Source: Saprolegnia diclina VS20
Taxonomy: Eukaryota
Direction: 5' to 3'
NCBI RefSeq assembly: GCF_000281045.1
Contig: NW_008246162.1
Coordinates: 101,758 to 154,074 of the forward strand
DNA: 52,317 bases
Shown here: piece by piece, positions 46,101 to 52,317 of the stretch
How positions within the stretch are numbered: the first letter of the stretch is position 1
How the letters are laid out: each line of letters starts with the position of its first letter
The notes under the pieces: generated by a model
Databases searched by the model: none
Seen by the model: the letters and a program-made list of their open reading frames with translations, nothing else
What the model was told of the DNA's origin: nothing
Translations under genes and position numbers: made by a program

Positions 46101-47254
46101 CTCACGGCACCGGTGTCCACAAAAGCACTACCGAGGCGCTACCGTCAACACCGGTGCTGACGCAACCGACCGAGATGCCAAAGCACACGTCGGTCGTTAG
46201 TCGCCAACCGTCATCGCCGACGCCGACACCAACCGTTACTACAGAGCGACGCACTACCGCACCGTCGCATGAAGGTGAGGTGACACATCAGTCGACGCCC
46301 GTCGTGACGTTGCCGCCGACCAAAGCGACGCTACCGGTGCCCGAGAGCTCGTCAGCGCCGCCGAGAGTCGTTCAGGAGACGCCACCTGTGTCGAAACCGA
46401 TGTCTTGGTCGTCGCCACCGCTTCCGGCGACGCAAGCTCCGTCCGAGCCTGTCGGCACAAATCCGCTGGATCCGAGCGTTCAAACTGCCACCGATGCTCC
46501 CGCGGTTGCTGAGCAAACGACCGAAACGGTGTCGACTGACGCACCGACCCCATCGCCGCGGGAGGTGAGCAATCTTGCATCTCGCACGCCGGCAGCACTA
46601 ACGGCTGCTCCGTCGAGTGCACCTGAACCTACGATTGTGCCGGATACCATCGTCGTCGATCCCACCGCGCCTGCCAAATTTGTGCCAACTGACCCGCCCG
46701 CGACAGCAGGCTCGCACCCGACGGCCACTCCGCGTGCCTCTGGAGTCGGAGTCACTGCGTCGACGGCGACGACAACAGCAGTAGCATCGACGCCTCCGCC
46801 GACAAAGGCTTCCATCGTCAAGCCCACATCAAGCCCGATGCACCAGGCTACTGAAGCTCCTACGCACGAGCCAACAAAAGTACCGACGTTCGAGCCCACG
46901 GTACCGCCGACGCGCAAGCCGAAACAGAGCCCGCCATCCGAGCCGACGAAAACGCCGACGTTTAAGCCCTCAAGGAGTCCGTCGCCCAGACCCACTGATG
47001 CACTAACGCCCGAGCCAACGGAGGCACCAAGGCCCGAGCCTACGGAGGCACCAACGCCCGAGCCTACGGAGGCGCCAACGCTGGAGCCTACGATGGCGCC
47101 GACACCAGAGCCGACCCCCAAGCCTACAAAGGCCCCGACGCACAAGCCAACAAAGCCTCCGACGCACAAGCCAACGCCAGAGCCCACGGAGGCGTCGACG
47201 TCGTACTGGCCTGGCTGGTACCGCATCATCTCGACGTTCTGGCCGGTGCGCTAA
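43133..47254 (+). CDS. Secreted GH17-family beta-1,3-glucanase/glucanosyltransferase with ricin-B lectin domains, a 6-Cys module and a long Pro/Thr mucin-like tail (gene 1)
   Basis: Signal peptide, then YGLDYD, VWLGL, GVASEAIYR (acid/base Glu), PVTISD, IMETGWS (nucleophile Glu) and IEKNFGVF. Ricin motifs QCLD..QKW and ACLE..MQKW follow. Confidence 0.9.
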   Translation: MKSYLAHAVAAWIAWRPATALDRVFYGLDYDARTSSAGGCKDDADVRLDFRAMAAVTSNVRIDNMGEPCVERILGVAAEHNMRVWLGLAGDIDADLDAFERDFRTFQRLVKEKKVRNDNVLGVGVASEAIYRHYIQGRRDFAQRDGSDKLIAYAAKTRDFVRANGLNFPVTISDVMDAYKYSANLYDAVDVVSANQFSQWETIPVEDGVNTMFDRLIPIRAQAVKRGKPIMIMETGWSQAGQNPSIVAASPESAARYLKDFLAFADEQNIQYYYFTSFNLLFGGDNDFGLIEKNFGVFDEQRKIHPLLGAVEVGPRPVAVRLWHNGKVIKVNGANTRTYGRVYLGEPNYGLTGHYDEEIWFYYAEKNMFKSKSSNQCLDTYVDGDGNDVLHVYKCDKGKSTQKWSFAPDGGFEVVAAPSVASGRRFLRGAQSEDPMEDKCGHDCVNNCQFVGAGYTLCYDGWNPYQCSLMGPTHHWCGAPTQAKPARATRRPTARPPTAAPTTTVAPTPRPTIRPETTAPTHAPTHAPTHAPTHAPTHAPTHAPTHAPTPAPTVAPTRPPSTPSPTSTPSPGLRHMHPIEPVTAATGILISHGPSAKCIGVGDGTNMVHLATCGFGPSTTFSLRALGTEEVYLHQGDAKLVNDYGLVRVSSSAPAPDAAIWFFDPIAQTIRSKANGDACLELVGDVVGGLVETRLCDARNVMQKWLYNDRTGQVSHFLKAIMCLATDKATRGLQVRYCDVQDPLQTFMVGLVHASQTPTLDIDDASDDDDVTPTVTTKAPMTSTIQAPTGAPTAVTTGAPTAAMTVAPTTAAQLQQNTSAPPEHRPTPAPDTPPVVAVLPHPASSPPVTMSPHPSQGSLTTAPMTLPMATQGASRPTEVGPKQTAATLEVTAAPTQVATTAVPGTTTTRAATTAPTVEAQLSVTEPVALEHTDLPKTTSAAYPVTSDAPTPMAVAVPTPAPSHPRPSEALAHRTPAVTKPQPASMHLPVTHGTGVHKSTTEALPSTPVLTQPTEMPKHTSVVSRQPSSPTPTPTVTTERRTTAPSHEGEVTHQSTPVVTLPPTKATLPVPESSSAPPRVVQETPPVSKPMSWSSPPLPATQAPSEPVGTNPLDPSVQTATDAPAVAEQTTETVSTDAPTPSPREVSNLASRTPAALTAAPSSAPEPTIVPDTIVVDPTAPAKFVPTDPPATAGSHPTATPRASGVGVTASTATTTAVASTPPPTKASIVKPTSSPMHQATEAPTHEPTKVPTFEPTVPPTRKPKQSPPSEPTKTPTFKPSRSPSPRPTDALTPEPTEAPRPEPTEAPTPEPTEAPTLEPTMAPTPEPTPKPTKAPTHKPTKPPTHKPTPEPTEASTSYWPGWYRIISTFWPVR
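44687..44770 (+). repeat. Coding 12-bp tandem repeat (APTH)x7
   Basis: GCACCGACGCAC-type units. Confidence 0.95.
46850..47195 (+). repeat. Coding Pro/Thr/Glu repeats (EPTEAPTP-like)
   Basis: Repeated 24-bp units such as CCCGAGCCTACGGAGGCACCAACG. Confidence 0.85.
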
Positions 47255-48233
47255 GGGCATCCACCTATCTGTTCGTGCCAAAGTCTACGCGTGCTATTTT
47301 TATTAACCACGTAGTGTATATAAATGTTTGTAAACTATCTCTACGTCCATAGTAACGTTAGGAATTGATTCTTGGCTTGGATCTACAAAAGCGATCTTTC
47401 ATGGGACTTTGACGTTCGTCGCACAATCGTATGTGACTCCCTTGTGGCCAATCACAAACATGTGTGTGACGGAGCAGACCGCACCTGAATCGCCGCTTCC
47501 TGCTGACGACACCGAAGACAGCGACAGCCGCGTCGACATTCATTGCGTCCGAGAGGCTAGGATACCGTACGAATACAGGCCGCCGAAATTTGCCGCCGTC
47601 AGTTGATCGCAGGTTGATCGAAAGCGCGCAGCTGGTCCAGAAGCTTGATGGTGGGACGTCGAAATGTCCCTTCGTTCGATTGCAGCAGGTGGGTGGCACG
47701 CGCCTGATCGGCGCGCCTCGGTCCCTTCGCCCTGCACAAGCAGGTCATGAAGAACGAGCTTACAGACGCTCGGTGAACCCTCGTCCTCGATCCATGACTT
47801 CCTGAAGCTAGTCGATGCGGTGTCGAGACAAGAAGCCGCGCGCCGAATCGTGGCATCTCACCCACTGCACTCTGCGCCTGCAATTGCGGAACCCAGACCT
47901 CGCCTTGCCGCGTACAGTACGACGACGACGACGACAAGTCGATGTATGTATTGGCGACAAAGGGACAAAAAGCCATCCAAGCCGTTGGTTGGTCGTCGCT
48001 CCGAGCCCCACGCCAACTTGCACTGTATCACGCTCGGTGCAAGATGATATGCTGGCTGCCACCTGGTGATATCCGAATCTTGGCCTCATTTCAGGGCGCT
48101 TCGATGCCACTCATCGCTATTTTTTGCAAATTGTATTTAAACACTTGGTGTTTGTATGGAATCTCACAGGTGCAATCTGAGGCCTGAAATCAGGTCGGCG
48201 CGCGCCGCGGCAGTCGAGGCTGGTGCCAGTCAG

Positions 48234-48248
48234 TTCATTTCCGAATCG
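48234..48248 (+). promoter_or_regulatory. Inr-like core promoter of GH17 gene 2
   Basis: TTCATTTCCGAATCG lies just upstream of the ATG at 48254. Confidence 0.55.
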
Positions 48249-48253
48249 TCGAG

Positions 48254-51200
48254 ATGAAGGCTGCATTGACCTGCGCTGTCATCGCCGGGGCCGTCCAGGC
48301 GACCCTTGGCCTTGACCGCTTCTTCTACGGTCTGGACTACGACACGCGGGCCAACCAGTGGGGCGGTTGCAAGTCCGAGTGGGCGATCCGCGAGGACTTC
48401 AAGGCCATGAACACGGTCACGACCAACGTGCGCATCTACTCGACCGAGAACCCGTGCGTCGAGCGCGTGCTCAAGATCGCCGGCGAGCACAAGATGAAGA
48501 TCTGGATGGGTCTCTGGGGCAACATCGAAGCCGACCTCGACTCGTTCGAGCGCGACTTTGCCAACTTCCAGCGCCTCGTCAAGGAGAAGAAGGTCCGCAA
48601 CGACAACGTGCTCGGTATCGGTGTCTCGTCGGAGGCCATCTACCGCCACTACATCCAGGGCGGCCACGATTTCGCCGAGACGGACGGTACCGAGAAGCTC
48701 ATCGGCTACGTCTCGCGCACGCGCGACTTTATCCGCGCGAACGGCCTCAACTTCCCTGTGACCATCTCGGACGTCATGGATGCGTACAAGTACTCGGCCA
48801 ACCTCTACGACGCGGTCGACGTGGTCNNNNNNNNNNNNNNNNNNNNNNNNNNNNNNNNNNNNNNNNNNNNNNNNNNNNNNNNNNNNNNNNNNNNNNNNNN
48901 NNNNNNNNNNNNNNNNNNNNNNNNNNNNNNNNNNNNNNNNNNNNNNNNNNNNNNNNNNNNNNNNNNNNNNNNNNNNNNNNNNNNNNNNNNNNNNNNNNNN
49001 NNNNNNNNNNNNNNNNNNNNNNNNNNNNNNNNNNNNNNNNNNNNNNNNNNNNNNNNNNNNNNNNNNNNNNNNNNNNNNNNNNNNNNNNNNNNNNNNNNNN
49101 NNNNNNNNNNNNNNNNNNNNNNNNNNNNNNNNNNNNNNNNNNNNNNNNNNNNNNNNNNNNNNNNNNNNNNNNNNNNNNNNNNNNNNNNNNNNNNNNNNNN
49201 NNNNNNNNNNNNNNNNNNNNNNNNNNNNNNNNNNNNNNNNNNNNNNNNNNNNNNNNNNNNNNNNNNNNNNNNNNNNNNNNNNNNNNNNNNNNNNNNNNNN
49301 NNNNNNNNNNNNNNNNNNNNNNNNNNNNNNNNNNNNNNNNNNNNNNNNNNNNNNNNNNNNNNNNNNNNNNNNNNNNNNNNNNNNNNNNNNNNNNNNNNNN
49401 NNNNNNNNNNNCCAGTGCTTGGACACGTACGTCGACGGCGACGGCAACGACGTGCTCCATGTCTACAAGTGCGACGAAGGCAACGACAACCAGAAGTGGG
49501 CGTTTGTCGCCGACGGCAAGGTCGAAGTCATGTCGGAGCCGTTTGAGGACTTGCCGACGCCGGCGCCCACGAAGGCCAGCCTCCGCGCGACCAACCCGCC
49601 CGCGACGCACAAGCCCACGCCCAAGCCGACTCCCAAGCCGACGCACAAGAAGACCAAGCGCCCGACCAAGGCGCCGGTCGCGCCGTCGGACCCGTTGGCC
49701 GAGAAGTGCGGTGACTGCATCAACAACTGCCAGTTCCTCGGTGCCGGCTACACGCTCTGCTACAGCGGCTGGGACCAGCACGTCTGCTCGCTCATGGGCT
49801 CGACGCACCATTGGTGCGGAGCCCCGGCGCCCAAGACCGAAGCCCCGGTCGAGGACGACGACGACGATTCGGACGACGACGACGAGACGGACGCCCCGGA
49901 GACGCCTGCCCCGACGCACAAGTCGACGCAGGCGCCGACGTTTGCGCCCCATGTCGTCGAGAAGAACCCGGACTTTGAGATCGAGCCCTTCACGATCACG
50001 ACCAAGACCGGCATGGTCATGTCGCACAGCCCGCGTGGCAAGTGCATTGGCATTGACGGCCAGGAGAACGTGATCATGACCGAGTGCCGCTTTGACGCGT
50101 CGACGACCTTCAGCGTGCGCCCGATGGCCGGCGAAGAGCTCCACCTGAGCGTCGGCGGCAGCGAGTGGAAGCTGACCGAGTACTACGGCCGCGTGCGCGC
50201 GTCGACGGACCCGATCGCCGAGGCCCACCCGGACACGCAGATCTGGTTCTTCGACTCGATCTCGCAGACGATCCGCAACAAGGCCAACGGCGCCGCGTGT
50301 CTCGAGATGGTCGAGGACAAGGTCGGTGGCCTCGTCGAAGGCCGCCTCTGCGACGAGACCAACGTCATGCAGAAGTGGGTCTACAACGACAAGACCGGCC
50401 AGTTCATCCACCACGTCAAGCTCGCGCAGTGCCTCAGCGCCGACGGCGTCAACAAGGAGATCCGCGTCCAGTTCTGCGACACCAAGGCGCTGTACCAGAA
50501 GTGGTACATGAACCTCGTGCACGCGACGACCAAACACGAGTCCGTCGAGCTGACGTGGCAGACGCCGTTCCCGACGCCGGCCCCCGGTTTCCACTTTGCC
50601 CCGACGCCCGCGCCGACGAAGCCCCAGCCCAAGGCCCCGGTGACGCCCGCCCCGACGGATGCCCCGGTGACGCCTGCCCCGACGGATGCCCCGAAGACGG
50701 ACGCCCCGACTGCTGCCCCCACTGATGCCCCGACGGCTGCCCCGACTGACGCCCCGACTGCTGCCCCCACTGATGCCCCGACTGCTGCCCCCACGGAAGC
50801 CCCCACGGCTGCCCCGACGGAAGCCCCGACTGCTGCTCCCACGGACGCCCCGACGGCTGCCCCGACTGACGCCCCGACGGCTGCTCCCACGGACGCCCCG
50901 ACTGACGCCCCGACGGCTGCTCCCACGGACGCCCCGACGGCTGCCCCGACTGACGCCCCGACGGCTGCTCCCACGGACGCCCCGACCTCTGCTCCTACGG
51001 ATGCCCCGACGGCTGCTCCCACGGACGCCCCGACTGCTGCTCCTACGGATGCCCCGACTGCTGCTCCCACGGCTGCCCCGACGGAAGCCCCGACTGCTGC
51101 TCCCACGGACGCCCCGACGGTCGCGCCTGCTGGCACGTGCAAGCCCTACACGATTGCCCTTGGCGACTCGTCGTGGAAGATCCTTAGCACCTTCTGCTCG

Positions 51201-52124
51201 GGCTTCGAAGGCAAGTGCGCGAAGGACGAGAGCCAGCCTCACATCGCTGGTGCCGACGGCAAGCTCTGCCCCAGCTACTTGCGTGTCGACTCGGAGATCC
51301 AAGTGTGCTGCACGGACAAGTTCCCGTACGTCGTGCCGCCCAAGGACAACGTTGAGGTCCCGACGCCCGCGCCGACCAAGGTCACGGATGCCCCGACGCC
51401 GGCCCCTGAGGTTGTCACCGACGCCCCCAAGACGGACGCGCCCACGGCTGCTCCCACGGACGCCCCCAAGACGGACGCGCCCACGGACGCTCCCACGGAC
51501 GCCCCTAAGACCGACGCCCCTACGAACGCTCCCACGGACGCCCCCAAGACGGATGCCCCGTCGGCCACGCCCGAAGACGACGAAATCCCGACGCCGGCCC
51601 CGACGAAGGCCAGTGCTGCCCCGACGGACGCGCCTACGGAAGCCCCCAAGACTGACGCCCCCACGGACGCACCCACGGACGCACCCAAGACGGATGCTCC
51701 CACGGATGCCCCCAAGACCGACGCCCCCACGGACGCCCCGACTGCTACCCCCACGGAGGCCCCCAAGACCGACGCTCCTACGGCTGCTCCCACGGAGGCG
51801 CCCAAGACGGACGCTCCTACGGATGCCCCCAAGACGGACGCTCCTACGGATGCCCCCAAGACGGACGCTCCCACGGATACCCCCAAGACCGACGCCCCGA
51901 CTGCCGCCCCCACGGATGCTCCCACGGAGGCCCCGAAGACGGACGCTCCCACGGACGCCCCGAAGACCGACGCCCCGACTGCCGCCCCCACGGATGCTCC
52001 CACGGAGGCGCCCAAGACGGATGCACCGACGCCGTCGGTCGACGACTCGGACGACGACTACGAGCCGCCGACGCCTGCCCCGACCAAGGGTGCTACGGCT
52101 GCCCCCGTCGACGTCACTGCGTAA
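48254..52124 (+). CDS. Secreted GH17-family glucanase paralogue with ricin-B lectin domains, a 6-Cys module, PT repeats and a LysM-like domain (gene 2; interrupted by an assembly gap)
   Basis: Signal peptide MKAALTCAVIAGAVQA and a GH17 N-half nearly identical to gene 1. After the gap the frame resumes with QCLDTYVDGDGNDVLHVYKCD, as in gene 1. Confidence 0.88.
48827..49411. other. Assembly gap (N run) inside GH17 gene 2
   Basis: 585 Ns. Confidence 1.
50630..52035 (+). repeat. Coding mucin-like tandem repeats (APTDAPTA and APKTDAPTD), split by a non-repetitive Cys-containing domain at 51138-51311
   Basis: 24-bp and 27-39-bp repeat units are visible directly in the DNA and protein. Confidence 0.95.
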
Positions 52125-52317
52125 GCGTCTCGCGCTCTCTACGACCAATGCCTGTCGCCTTGCCGTCGGTTGCGTCCCAGCGCCGCGGCTTTCCCACGTG
52201 TCGTCGTAGTGAACGCATTGCATAATCTCCCCTCTCTGTAATTGCACCATTAAGTTGGCTGTAAATCTTATCTGCTTCTGTCGAGTCGCCAACGAAGCGT
52301 CAACCCCAGCAGTCGAG

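Noticed and set aside
47300..48230. Short ORFs between the two GH17 genes
   Set aside because: Fragmentary, with no recognisable similarity; treated as intergenic/promoter DNA.
48827..49411. Frameshift or pseudogene call for GH17 gene 2
   Set aside because: The frame change occurs across an estimated-length gap, and the paralogue-predicted 548 bp restores the frame.
1..52317. tRNA, rRNA, intact transposon or telomeric repeats
   Set aside because: No cloverleaf, rRNA-like segment, transposase/RT ORF or TTTAGGG array was recognised by eye; tRNAscan-SE and Infernal would be needed to exclude small RNAs.

Overview
Eukaryotic, GC-rich, gene-dense DNA with many short (about 40-70 bp) GT-AG introns and oomycete-type Inr/CCAAT promoter motifs. 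The gene content and style suggest a saprolegnian oomycete such as Saprolegnia or Achlya (inference). In order the window holds: a ~54-bp degenerate tandem repeat array running into an assembly gap, a cytochrome b561, RPB10, ORC3, a small hypothetical gene, a TM/DUF4359-like + alpha-SNAP-like fusion, an FLZ-like zinc finger, RBBP5/Swd1, a tandem cNMP-binding + zinc-knuckle protein, VPS35L, NAA20, a membrane protein, GINS Sld5, prohibitin-2 and a Myb/SANT-like protein. Next come a head-to-head pair of SulP-STAS-cNMP transporter paralogues with a possible decayed P-loop NTPase between them, BRCA2 with 8 BRC repeats, a lipoate-ligase-like gene, a cyanobacterial/plastid-type Ycf21 (chorismate lyase-like) gene, mitochondrial L34, DPM2 and a short Tom22. 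The window ends with two tandem secreted GH17 glucanase-like genes carrying ricin-type lectin domains, an unnamed 6-Cys module and mucin-like tails; the second also has a LysM-like domain. All assignments come from recognising motifs by eye, and exon boundaries are manual. No database search was run.
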